Part shown: one piece after another, positions 12,616 through 25,082 of the stretch | How the letters are laid out: each line of letters starts with the position of its first letter | Numbering within the stretch: the first letter of the stretch is position 1 | Origin: Phoronis australis | Lineage: Eukaryota; Animalia; Phoronida | Direction of reading: 5' to 3' | NCBI GenBank assembly: GCA_002633005.1 | Contig: NMRA01000642.1 | Location: forward strand, 159,285-223,284 | Length of the DNA stretch: 64,000 nt | Position numbers and translations under genes: made by a program | Notes under the pieces: model-generated | Database searches by the model: none | Told to the model about the DNA's origin: nothing | The model's input: the letters and a program-made list of their open reading frames with translations, nothing else

Positions 12616-15079
12616 TTAAAAAAGTTTCTTTGAACCTTTTGATTCAATAGGACTTAGAAATATTTGTTTGGTTTGTTCCAGACGGAGAGCTGCCTCTACA
12701 TATACATCCACGGATAGTTTTCGCAACCATGCAGTGCCTTTCCTTTGCTGACCCAAGCTGGAAATAAAACAAATTGCCCACGGTAGACGATGAAATGTTG
12801 GAGCAAGAGGGCAGATCGTGGTGAAATAGGCCTCGTCGTGTTTTCATCAAAGTATGAAGAACTGGTCCACTTTCTATGCAGAAATTTAAGTTCGTTCCCA
12901 CTGCCTGAGTTTTCTTACATTTCTTTGTTTAGACCTGAGACCTCCTGGTCATTTTCTCCGCGGATGTTTTGTAAATGATTTACAGGTTCATTAGCAGTTA
13001 TCATATATATATACATAAATTATAGGTGTTCAAATCTCCTTAAGAGACGTGAAATTGGCACAGAAATATCATTGTCATGGTGCGCTGTACAAGATTGTCA
13101 GTGTGGAACATGCAATTCGGTCGGGGGCCACACTTTGTTTTGCACATTTCAAACAATCGTGTGTCGGGTGTTGGGCTTACCATGAAGGATTCGCTTGCTT
13201 CTTGTTCGATTCAGACAGATTTCAGTCCTAACTGCATTGAATGTAGCATCAGAAAACGTTTACGTTGTGTTTGAGAAGCGAAATTTACACGTCATTAAAT
13301 TTGAATATTTTACAGGATTCCCCTAGGCTACCATTTGATGTACAGAGTGAGTAATGTTGCATTTCTCTCCAGTTAAGCCATATTATACAGTAAGTATTCC
13401 CTTTTATAAAGTTGTGCATACAACTGTAGCTTGCCTTCTTAGGTTAAACTTGAATAGTCCTTCTTTGTGTCAAAAGCATTCCACACCGTTAGTCGTCTAA
13501 CAGTTTGAGTGACATGTTTGTTTAATTCTTTTGTCCGTGGGGTAGACTATTATTGAAGTGGTAACGTCTCTTTACAGCTATTTATATGTTTGTGAAATCC
13601 CTTTTTAAAGGACAGCCACAGGTTTGTGATTTTAAGAGACAATGCCTCCATTTTTCAAAAGTAACTCGAACCATCTGAATAATTTGATTCCTTCGGATGT
13701 ACATGTATACTACCCTACAATTTACCTGCAAAACTCAAGGCAAATGACCAGTTGTTACTGTGTACATCCGGACCTTAGAATCCGCATTTTTCTTGATGCT
13801 GTGTATTCGAAATTTCGTCGAAATGTGAAGATTCGTCAAAACCCTCATTTTACCAAGGATCACAAAGATGAGAAGAAATTCGGGTTGTTCATCGTAAACT
13901 CTCGCATCAAAACATGTAGTGCCCACCTCTACCTGGAGGATTTGATCCACTCAGACGGAAGGGAACTAAGACTAAAAAGCAAACCAGTACCCTCGAGTTT
14001 TTAAGCGTAAAGGCTTGAACAAGTGAGACAAGACAAAGGTGCGGAGACTGATTCAGCTCTGAGGGTGAAGGTGGTGCCATTGCTGTTGCCATGTACTCAC
14101 ACATTTTCTTTCAAATTTTGAAAATTAAATGCACAACTGATGGCAAAGAACGTAAACTATCCAATCACTTTTTCCGGATTCAACTTTCACGCTGATGTCA
14201 TGTAAACACTTTGAATTTATTTCTCCAAATGTATATAGCATCCACCATTGCCTGTTCATGGTTTCGATGAAACGTCCTTTCTCTGTATTTTAAAGTATTG
14301 TGGACAACACTTTGATTTCATGGATTAACTATATGTACGCGTATGATGTTTTGGGAGGCCCTGGAATAAGGTCTCACAGGAGTGTGGTTTTAAACAATGA
14401 ACAGCAATTTTTGGGAAAGTACCAATTAAATAACATAATAATTATTGACGCCACAGATTACAGGCTACCAGTTCTTTGCAAAGGCAAAATGAATGCTGCA
14501 CGACATACAAATCAAACATACTTTAGACCGTGTCAACTGACACCATGTAAACGTTTCTCAACTATAGACATCAAATGAATTTGCAGAAAGAATAAGAGGA
14601 AGAATTGGAAAAGGTCATTGCAACACGCAGGAGCCTCGGTTTGGTGAACATTAACTACTTTTTTCAAATCACGTGACATGCTAGCCGATATTGGCTGTTG
14701 AAATGTCGACAATTAGCTCAGAATGTCCACAAGACAGATACTGTATGTAGAGTGCCGCAAAAATGACGACAGGTGGCTGAGAGCGGGGTTGCATAAAACT
14801 TCAAAATTATCCGCTGGATAAGTTTGATTGTTGAGTGTCGTCAGGTGCATTTTTCAACAATAACAATGTGACGCCTGAGAATGAGACGTCATTTTAGCTA
14901 CATGTATACGCGTATAACTTTTACGCAACCATAGACTATAGTACGTGGACCGCCAACTCCGTATACTTTCAATGGACGAAATCTATGAGCTTACGCACAA
15001 GCTCTTACGTCATTATTCACTGGCGACACCTGGCTAAATTTTCTGGTGCCATTTCCGGCAAGTACGTCGTCTGCTAATC

Positions 15080-15304
15080 ATGGTCGGCTGCTGTGTGGCC
15101 GGTTGTTCCGCCACACACGCGAAATCAGGGATACATGTAAGCTTTCATAGCGTACGGAGACACCAAAATCCGCTGTGGGAGGAAAAGTTAACGTCTCGTG
15201 TGAACGTGAATGGAAGTTGTTACTCCAAAAAGAATTTGTACATTTGTTCACGTCACTTCGAAGATGGGTGTTTTTTAAGAGGCTCTGGTAGGCCTACTAC
15301 TTAA
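15080..15304 (+). pseudogene. Isolated THAP zinc-finger ORF, probably a DNA transposon remnant
   Basis: MVGCCVAGCS...SFH...W...ICSRHFEDGCF matches the C2CH THAP signature. The ORF ends before a full AVPTI box unless it is spliced. Confidence 0.75.
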
Positions 15305-18300
15305 TCCTGTCTTCACAAATCCATTTTTCTTTTCTCCGTTTTGATGAAAACTATCTGGTAAACTTTTTGACGAAAAATGTGCGCTAAATTTCTTCCAATG
15401 GTAGTGACTGGTGAACTCTTGTCCTTACGAGGACCTTCAGCCATAGTCAAGTGAGCGAATTAACCAAATTACTCTTCGGTGACCCTGATCAGACGGTTGC
15501 TCTCAGCATAATGCGTACATTTGGCCAGGATTTGGATCAGCGATTTCAACTACTTCACACTGAATAGTGTACAAATAAATAGGACGCTAGTAAAACCTTT
15601 AACATAAATAAAGATTACATTAATACTTCAGAAAAAATCAACTGGACCTGTCAAAATCTATCTCGCAATTCAACAGCAGGTTACATACTCAACTATTAAT
15701 GTCGACTGTATGCCGCACAAAACCTTTACCATCTTAGCCAAGTACGCTGCAGTCTATGAAAATACCGACAACTAACTCGAGTTTCAACTTCTTTGCAAAC
15801 ATGGAACAGGGATATCAAAATGGTATGTAGGTTGTTTTTATGCTTCAATGTTACATTTTTTAAGCAGACAAATGTTTTATTTTTTAAATCTACCTTAATT
15901 CCTACTATTTCAAAAGTATTTCCAACCTCACGTCTTTCAAACGTACATTGATGACAAAACCATATATCTTCCACCGGTTTTGTAAAGTCCTGCACCATAA
16001 TATGAACCAACCCTACTCCTAATGTAACAAAAAGGTCCCGTGCGTAACGGATACTAAGCATGGTCCATCTGAAGTATTGGATAGGTTCTGCTAACGCAAC
16101 CTTGCGAAAAGTCACACAAGAACTCGTGTACCATCGCGTTACAAGTGAGACACGTGATAATAGTACTTTCCTTCGGAACATCCTTGCGTGAAAGGAACTT
16201 ACTATGTGGATTTTCCACTATATGGCATCATTGCTGTGTTTTTCATGTTTGTGTCATCCCCCGCTATATTCCAAGTTAATGGAGCGAGACATTGCGATGT
16301 CAGCCTAGTAAAACATTTTTTAAAATGCTAATGGTTTTGTGTAGTGTCGTGGATGCATGCCTGTTTTTGATAATTCAATGTTAATTAGTTCTATGGTCAA
16401 TTCCACGATGTTTAACATTTTAAGAAATTAAGTCAGTGCTTGCTTTGCTTTATTTAAGATGTCAGTTTTACCAAGAGAATTGTAGAGGGTAGTATGCCCA
16501 CATTATTTATGCCGCCATCACCTCTTAAAACTGCTATTCAAAGAAAAACTCCTCTCGTGAGTATTTAAATTCGTTCTCAACATTTTGTTTTACGTTCTAT
16601 TACTATTATTGTTATTATGTGCACATTCATCCACTTTAGACCTATCAGTAATGGGCTCTTCAGACATGTTTAACGGTATGTACACATCGAAAGATCACTT
16701 TCATTCCTTAAAACGAATGTATTGAGGAAGATTTGCCACTTTCCGTACTCTCTTCACAGAAGGCCTTACAGTAGATCGTCTCATTGAAGATTTGTACCTA
16801 TTATTGCTGAAACATGTAACAAAATAATTCGCAAACTGCAACGTAAACTTCATTGTCTTGTTATGTCGGTTGGTTGTAACACAGAGTTGATGCTACATCA
16901 CCTGGTGCTCATGCTAACCTCAGATCAACACAAGTATTGTTTCAACGTTTGCCTTAAATTAAGATAACGAATTCATGAAGTCAAATGTTGTTCAGTTTGG
17001 GGATTTTCCGTATCTTTGATATGGATTGTCCTATGACGATATGACATGGACAGGAAAGCCTGTTGTCTTACCAGACGCGAGACGGGGAGTGACAACTTGT
17101 CAATTTTTGGCATAGTTAACAAAGCGCTGTTGAAGGTCTTCAGCCGTTTGTTAGTTGAAATGTGCATTCCAAAAACTACGGCAGTTCTTTGAGCGACGAA
17201 AGCATGAGCTCTACAATGAATGTAGGGATGCAAATGTCATTTCAAAGCGTTATGAGATACAATGTAGTAAAGTTCATATTTTCCTGACTCTTTCATTAGC
17301 GACACTTAATTTCTGAAGACTAGTCAGTTATTTATTTATAGCTGACAATATTGTAGCTGTCACATACGGTATTTGTTATGTACTAATGAACAAAGGCAAT
17401 GTTTAAACAGTCAAATTGACATCTGATATGTATTTAAAATAATAGTTCTTAAAATGCTCATTTGATATTAAGTGGTGATCGGATAAAACATCGTTATCCT
17501 TAACTCATTTAGTGATATCAATAATATTTGTCAACCTGTATTATCTAGTATGGCTAATTCCTCCACGTTGACTACGTCCTGTTATTTCAAAAAAATGCAA
17601 TCACGTTGTAAATGTCTTCCTTTAGCACCTACAACAAAACTTAAGAAATAATAAAAGCAAGCGATTTCTAATCAAAATATAAGCACAACCAGTGTTTCAC
17701 CGCGAAAAATATCTGGTTGCGAGATGAAATTATATATTTACGTCTCATGAACATTATTACCTCATAGAAGCCATTAATCATTCCATTTAGTGAACGTTGA
17801 GTCATAGTTAATTGGATGCTCTACTGTTTCCTAAATCCTGTTGCTTTTATTTGAGTGGCATGTCTCATAGCTCCTTCAATATTTCTTTCGATGTTCTGAT
17901 TAAGTAATTGTTGTTCAATTGCTACAATAATATACAGAGATTATTTCGTGTTCCCCATGTTGTCGTTAATTAATTTGTTAAATTGTAAGAGTATTGTAAG
18001 CGTCGCCGAGAATGGGTGCTTTTTAGGCAATATGCTTTAAAAATATTCATCCATTCAACAATTTACCTATATTTTTTATCCTGAGCTGTTATGGATATCT
18101 GAAGACGTTGGAATGTTCACTATTGAAATGACGTAATGTATGTGTGTGGTATAGATGTTATGAAGAATAAGAATGATAATAAAAAGTACAAAGCGCATTT
18201 TACACCACAGTGATTAGTTTTGGCGAGTGTTGTTACATAAAAGCGGTAGTACCGTACTATATATTCACGTTTTGTCACAGAAGTAATTTTAATTTAAGTA

Positions 18301-18577
18301 ACTTACCGTTATAGATGTGTTCTTACTTTAGTCATTACTCAAATGAGATATCTGAGTTTACAAAGAACCGACAATTGTGATTCCTCGAGGCCATACCCGG
18401 TACAGAAAATGCCACACCGTGATAAGACAGCATGCGGAGCTTATCTCAGGCAATAACAAATTGTCAGTTATGTCGAACTTTACTTCATTTTGACATTGAT
18501 ATTGCATTTAAAAATGTAAGAGGTCTGATCAAGAGAAAAATACTTTTGTGACAGAAGGCGAATTTAGTCATGTACAG

Positions 18578-18780
18578 CACACATCACGAATTTTTGGCCG
18601 ACCGGTCGGAAATTGGTCGACGACCGGCCGTCGACCGGTCGTCTAGCCGACCAGCAGCCGACCAACAACGGTCGGCTAGGAGCCGTCTACTGAGTCGCCT
18701 CTGTTGTCGGCACTTGGGTCGGCTAAGTGGTCGCTTAGCGTAGACGACCAATTCGGATTAAGCGTGTCCTTGGTCGGCAA
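18578..18780. repeat. Cluster of CCGAC/GTCGG motifs in both orientations, probably subterminal repeats of a DNA transposon end
   Basis: GC-rich island gccgaccggtcgg...ggtcgacgaccggccgtcgaccggtcg...gccgacc... within AT-rich DNA. No partner end was found. Confidence 0.5.
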
Positions 18781-19546
18781 TTACCATTTTATGACTTAAC
18801 GGGTGAACTTTGGCCAAACAAACATTTTACTGTTCGCTGTTCGTTCACCACTGGCAACTCAGGTCTTGACATCGGTTTATAAAGTTTTGTTCAACTATTG
18901 AAAGGAAATAAAATCGAATCAACCTACAAATAGCCGTTTGAAATTTAGACAAACTCATTTGAGAAAAATATTGAAACCACCACCTTCCATTTGAAAAATC
19001 GCCATTGTCAAACAACTGCACACGCATATAAAATCGTGTCATAAGCTGTTTGGAAAAGATGACTTTAACATAATTCAAATTCAAATTATCTTTAAGCACA
19101 TAAATGCATTTTGATGAAAGCATGGATTCAAGATCCTCGTTCCAGTTCGCCATCTCAAATTTTCCTGGAAAATTTCACCGTTCAAATGCAACCGTAAAGT
19201 CATTATATTATTTCCCCGTGAAATATGCTAAAGCTATATAACCTCAATCACTGTCCAGAATAACGAAAAACCTCGGAAGCAAGGGAAATGAACCCTAAGA
19301 GGTAGCAAGCAAGATAAAGGGCGTGGTAGGTACGTGAAGCTGACGTGTGCTACTTTTCAATTTCATACTTTTATGTGGCATTTTCATAATTTTGATGTGA
19401 GATGTCAACTCAGATCAAGCGTTTTGAAAGTTTGGATTTTTAATTTGTAATGAACTTGAGTTGCAGTGCACGTAACCTTTTATGAATTTACCGTAGTTGG
19501 CTACAGACAAGCCCACCTTTATAAATACTAGCAACGTAGACAAACG

Positions 19547-19709
19547 CATGCGCGCACCCAGGGGAAAAGTCCAAGAGAAAGAGACGAAAGTCCACAGCAC
19601 GGCAGTACCCCGTTTTTTATTTTAGTTCTCACGCTTTTTTGTTAGCAAAAGGTCCACTTTGCCAGAGATTCGAGCCCGCCCCCTATATTAGAGGCTGGGT
19701 GCGCGCATG
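19547..19709. mobile_element. 163-bp MITE with CATGCGCGCACCCAG terminal inverted repeats and 5-bp target duplication AAACG
   Basis: aaacg|CATGCGCGCACCCAG...CTGGGTGCGCGCATG|aaacg. Confidence 0.85.
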
Positions 19710-19988
19710 AAACGTCTACACAAATTGCACCTAATGCAGCTCCTGTTCTAAACGCGGGCTTCTTTTTTAAAGTTTGGTCAGGTATAAATAACGCCACAAC
19801 CATGGAAGTTCAATGAAACACGTCTACATTACAGATGTGACAATCCCTAGCCACGAAAAACTTAAGAGCCCGACAAAAATACTAATGGTGAAATACCGGT
19901 GATGATAATCATCCACTTTGTTAATTTACTTCACCTACACAATTGGAAATAGCCGCTAAAATGAAACTCATTCGAGTAAGCACCACGT

Positions 19989-20139
19989 CATGCGCGCACT
20001 CAAAGGGGGGGGGTTCGAGCCCCCCCCCATTTGGCGAAGTGNAAGTGGGCATAAAGGTCTGCCCGCTCTCTTGTTAACAAAAGGTTCATAACGTCAGGAA
20101 TTCGAGCCCCCCCCATTTTGAAGGCTGGGTGCGCGCATG
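19989..20139. mobile_element. 151-bp MITE of the same family with 5-bp target duplication CACGT
   Basis: cacgt|CATGCGCGCACTCA...TGGGTGCGCGCATG|cacgt, with internal TTCGAGCCCCC motifs. A solo end lies at about 21329-21340. Confidence 0.85.
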
Positions 20140-21669
20140 CACGTGAGTCCTTATGACAGCCCCAACATGGTAGAACCCAAAGAGCTCAAGTCGTGGTCAA
20201 ATCAGGATGGGCATAAATAAGGAAATTTACTGTTTCAACAGATTAGACAAATAAAAATAAGATTCAAAGAATTGATACAGTGTACACGCGCACAATAACT
20301 GGGTCTATCATGATTCAACTGAGATGTTCTAAAGGCCTTGACACGAGTAGATGTGTTCAACATCATCCTCTTCAAATGAGGCTATATCTAAGAACACCAA
20401 CACAGTGTAAGTGTGACCTTTTTATACAGCATCATTCTAATGACCTAACAAGGCCAAAACAGTGTTTGAGTGACCTTTGAATACAACATCACTATAAAAC
20501 ACCTATAACAAGGCCAAAACAGTGTCTGAGTGAAATAAGTTATGTAGGTACATGTACAGCATCCCAATGAGTGTTGATCATAGATTATCAGTAGAATGGC
20601 TGAGGCACTGCATCGTAGAAAGATATCAGACCAGTGACAACTTGCTGTGGGCGAACTGTTAGTTTGAACCAGTCTTGAACCAATTATGTATTGACCTCAC
20701 GGATACGCCATTAGTTGTTTCAGCCTGATCAACAATACTGAAGTATTTACCGAATGTGCCGTCAACATTACAACTAATACGCGTTTTGTGGGACATCTGT
20801 TGTTAGCGCCAATCTGTTCATGGGCTAATTAAGTAAATCTCAAAAATATTCCAAAAAAGGTCCCATACGCGTAACATTACAGCGAATTCCTGTTCATTAA
20901 TGTGAGATTTGTTATGAGTGCCAATCTTTTCTTGGGCTAATTAAGCATCTCAAAAATAGTCCCCAAAATTTCCCTTACGCGTGATCCTTTTTCGTAAAAT
21001 TTTCTGTGGGTTTGTCTCCAAAACAGAAAAGTCTGGTCGTGTATGAAAAGGACTACAATATTGCAAATAAACGGGGATTGGTGACAAGAACCTCGGTGAC
21101 AATTCATGAGCATACCCAGCCTTCAATTTGCGGGGCCAAATTCCCGGCGTTGTGGACCTTGTGCTAACAACAGAGCTGGCGGACTACAAAAAAGCGGAGC
21201 ACCACTGTGAATTGCGCATTTGGCTTATTTAGTGGACTTGTGTCCCATTTTCTCATACTTTTTGTCTCTCGGGGTTGGAGCTTTTTGCCCACTTCGCCTA
21301 ATGGGGGCTCCTTCGAGCTTCCCCCCTATGTGCGCGCATGCAATTAAGATTTGGATTGTGGTATCATGGGAGAATCTGTAATCTGAGAGCTAGCCATGAG
21401 CACAGGGAATTTATAAATTACATTTTTTGTCTGCGTGTATAAACACCCTGGCTGAAGCACTCGACATTTCTCGACCCCCTCTTACGGCAATTTCAGCGAC
21501 TGTTAGAGGTGAGATGGGTCGTTACTCCTTGATTGCATACCGACTTCCTAGAATTATGAAATATCAAAAACGGACGAGTCAAAAATTACATACCATTGCT
21601 ATGAATGGCAGTACAATATAACGGAAAATGTTAATAAACCGTGCTGTTTTAATGATTTTAAGAAATTGC

Positions 21670-22250
21670 TATTTCAGTTTCGTTTTGGAGAAGCATGGTA
21701 TGATCAGGGTGTATGTTCCGAGACAAGCTCCATATTACTTTTTAAACAAAGATGCAAAGATACTGATCAGCAAAAGGGGCAAGATAATTTGAACAATTCG
21801 ATTAAGCTGGAAACTTACAGAACTTTTAAGTTAAATAATACATGATTTGAAAACTATTTAGATGTAATTGACAATGTGAATGTTAAGATCTGATATTGTA
21901 AGATTAAGATGTTCAGCGCATGCACTAATGATTGAAAAGGGTAGACACTTGAAACATAGCAGAACAGAAAGGTTATGCCCTCTCTGTGTTAGGACATATG
22001 TCGAGTCAGAATATCATTTTGTTATCGAATGCCCACTCTACCATGACCTTAGGAAACGATATTTGCCTGCATGGAGATACAACAATCCCAATGTTACAAA
22101 ATTCAACAGACTCGTGACTATGGAGGAAAAAGATCTTATATGGTCAACATGTAAATATGTTCATTTCGCATTCAAGCGAAGAAGAATTCGGTTTACTTCT
22201 AGTGTTTAACACTTACCATTATTGTATTTGATGATTTGATTGTAACAAGG
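21670..22250 (+). mobile_element. Decayed 3' end of an L2/CR1-group LINE ORF2
   Basis: ORF 21880-22209 reads RLRCSAHALMIEKGRH...RLCPLC..VESEYHFVIECPLYHDLR, the typical LINE C-terminal CCHC-type motif. An upstream KLETYRTFK segment fits the same family. Confidence 0.85.
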
Positions 22251-22310
22251 GCCGGANTCATCTCGTATACACTCATTAACGTGGTTCATAGGTCGTGAAA
22301 TACGACACTC

Positions 22311-24242
22311 CAATAGCGGAGTTGCAACGCCGCCATATTGGAAATGGGACAGAATGTTGCTTTGTGGTTAAGCCGGTAAACAAGTACGTCGACAAGCGTG
22401 GGGACGAACCGGCCACAGGGAGGTTATACGTGTAGTGTGCCTGGCATGCTATAATACCAGTTATCGGGATAAAAAATTAGTTACTACCTGTTTCCCAAGG
22501 ATCAAGAACTGAGTTTAACATGGGTCAGAGACATCGGTAGAGCTGGCAGCAAAGGCCGACTTCGTGATTTTTTTCCGACTTCGTAGCATAAACTGCAGCG
22601 CTCATTTTGAGGGCGGCAAGAAAACGTATCTTGGAAACTGCCCAACGATATCTCCCTTCAAAGAAACAGTAAAAAATACTCCACGGCGGTTGGTAGTGAA
22701 AAAAACAACTTGTTTTCGCTTGACTATAACCAAGCCAACATGATCACTTTTGAGGATAATGCCTCTGCACAATCACCTGTTCTGGGTCAACTCACTTAAC
22801 GTATGCACACTATAACGCGCGCTTGCAGAATATTATTATTTACTTTCTACAAAATTGTGGTGCATTGCTATCAAAATTCGTTGTTAAATTACGATAATTT
22901 TTCATAAAATTGAGTTGAAGTCCCAGGGCGAAATCTTGCCGACAAATGCGTAGCTGCCGGTCTCGCAATCGTCTAAAGGGCTTTAATTATTCAATAAGAC
23001 TACATCTTCGACTCAACAAATTACCTGAAATCCTCCTCAAGGTTTCCAAATAGCGTCTCTAATATTTATTGTGGAGTCTGGATTAACTGCAGATTAAGTC
23101 CGAATCTACGCTAGATTGAAGCCCGCAACACGAGAAAAATCTCTGGAGGAAAAAACATGTGGTTGTCACGTGATGTTTGTTTTGAAGTTTGTATGCGTGT
23201 GTGTGAGAGTAAACGTGCGTGTGCTTGTCATCCGAGTTCCTTGGCCAGAGTAAATGCGATGTAGTGATCTAGGCGTGTATTGTATCTAAAGAAAATAAGT
23301 CAAGCAGTCAAGCAGAGCGTGTTTTAATATTCAGCTTAGCACGTGCTGGCCTCATCTGCTAAAAAACGTTCGAAATTTTTTTCGGTGAGACCGATATGTC
23401 ACTCATTGAGTCGCCGAGTGGGTGGATGCGTAACCGTAGTGTAACAGCTATTTCCGGAAGATTTGGGGTGTAAAGGTGCGAACGTATTCACTATCAGTGG
23501 GTCATTTTTACTTTAAAAACACCAATTATGATTAGTTAAATAATTTATAATAAAATCAATGCAAAAGTTTTTTACGGTATTAAAAAGTTTTGGAAATTAG
23601 TGCCAATATTTATTCCTTGCTGATGCTTATGCAGCGCGCTTCTTGGCTGCATGCCAACACTGGTCGAGTTTTTATTAGTCTTCGATTCACGGTTTTCACG
23701 TGTACAAAGAAGTTTGGATTCGTGTTGAGGCCGGAGATTCTGTACCGGAAAGAAATTATGCAATCCCGCTGACAAGTACGCTTCGTCTCTTTTCAAAATC
23801 CAGACCCGCGTAGTGGGGCACATCCCTCGCAAGAGCAGCAAAACTTCTGCGTTCTTTTTGAATCGCGGCGTAAGTTTGAAGTGTAAACGAACATAACGGT
23901 GAGGCTCGTGGACTACAAATTCAGGACTGTCGGATCTTTCAATTGATAAATTGGAGACGTTAGAACTGTAGGTAAGGGCATTATTCGCACGTAGTTCATG
24001 GGCTCGGCGCTTACTTTAGCCAAGTCTGAAAATGCGTTGGGGTACTTGTTGGGGCATGGGCGCTTATTAGGGCGAATACCGGCAGAATTACATGCAGCAG
24101 CGTAGTTTAATGCACACAAATCACACGTCATGCAAACCAATCGGCCATTCCATTTACCCTAATCAATACCAATAGCTTTTGCGCATCCTATTTTCCGGAC
24201 ATGCGCAATCGTTAAATCGATTCGGTTGCAACTCCGCTATTG
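22311..24242 (+). mobile_element. ~1.9-kb non-autonomous TIR DNA transposon with a frameshifted THAP remnant (possibly PIF/Harbinger-ISL2EU type)
   Basis: Perfect 18-bp inverted repeat: CAATAGCGGAGTTGCAAC (22311-22328) and GTTGCAACTCCGCTATTG (24225-24242). 22425-22660 reads, across frameshifts, YTCSVPG..SYYLFPKDQELSLTWVRDIGR...CSAHFEGGKK...PTI. Confidence 0.75.
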
Positions 24243-24252
24243 TAACGCATTG

Positions 24253-24260
24253 TGACGTCA
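24253..24260 (+). promoter_or_regulatory. CRE/ATF palindrome TGACGTCA in the putative proximal promoter
   Basis: Exact palindrome about 90 bp upstream of the proposed ATG, with a further CGTCA half-site at about 24304. Function is inferred. Confidence 0.4.
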
Positions 24261-24346
24261 TTAGGTTTTTACAATGACAAATTGAAACCTGGAAAACCGG
24301 CCGCGTCACGAAACTTTGCACAGTCCCAAAGGTACCTTGATACAAG

Positions 24347-24406
24347 ATGGCAGCAAATAAGGATTTTGGGCAGGGATTTTACCTGAGTGGTGAAGAAAAG
24401 GAAAAG
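24347..24406 (+). CDS. Putative coding exon 1 (MAANKDFGQGFYLSGEEKEK)
   Basis: Start context caagATGGC. Twenty codons end at AAG|gtggga in phase 0 and join in frame to IRAAAETGD. A TGACGTCA motif lies about 90 bp upstream. No homology or transcript support is available. Confidence 0.6.
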
Positions 24407-25028
24407 GTGGGAATCATTTCATTATCTCACCTGTGTGTACTTTTTTAACTGTTTGTTTATTTGACCTTGGATACCTACATTACAACCGACTGCAGTTAAC
24501 CTGTTAGTCTATACAACTATCTTCGTTACCGATAAGAAGATCGAAACCAGTAGCTTTAGTGCATATATCTTGTGCCACTTTTTGTTACACAACTTGAAAC
24601 TTAGGCAAAGGTTGTTAAGCAAGTTTTCATAGCCATGTTAACGTTGTGTACTTAGTGGTCCCTTGTGTTTTCTAATCCAGCCAAACATTTACACGTAATA
24701 AGTTTGCATTGGTGAGTTAAGATGATCTGCAGGAGAATACATCGGTGCATCAAAGTAGGTGGCACGAGTCTTCTATTAAAATAATTTTAGAAACTGTTTT
24801 AGATCGTACATTTCAATTAATGCACAAAAGGTTTTGATCTGGCTGCAGTACTGACTGTAGAGGTGTGAAACGCACATGTACATGTAATTGGTGGGATACA
24901 TGTATTTTGTGGTCGGATATATTCTTCACTGAAGTATCCGCGTGTTTTCTTACACGAATGATGTAAGGGCTTAAAAGCAAACGTGCATAAATATTAACGT
25001 AAAGTAACATGTGTTTATACACATTGTA

Positions 25029-25082
<54 letters not shown>

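Noticed and set aside
15726-16181. 151-aa minus-strand ORF
   Set aside because: No recognisable motif or splice structure.
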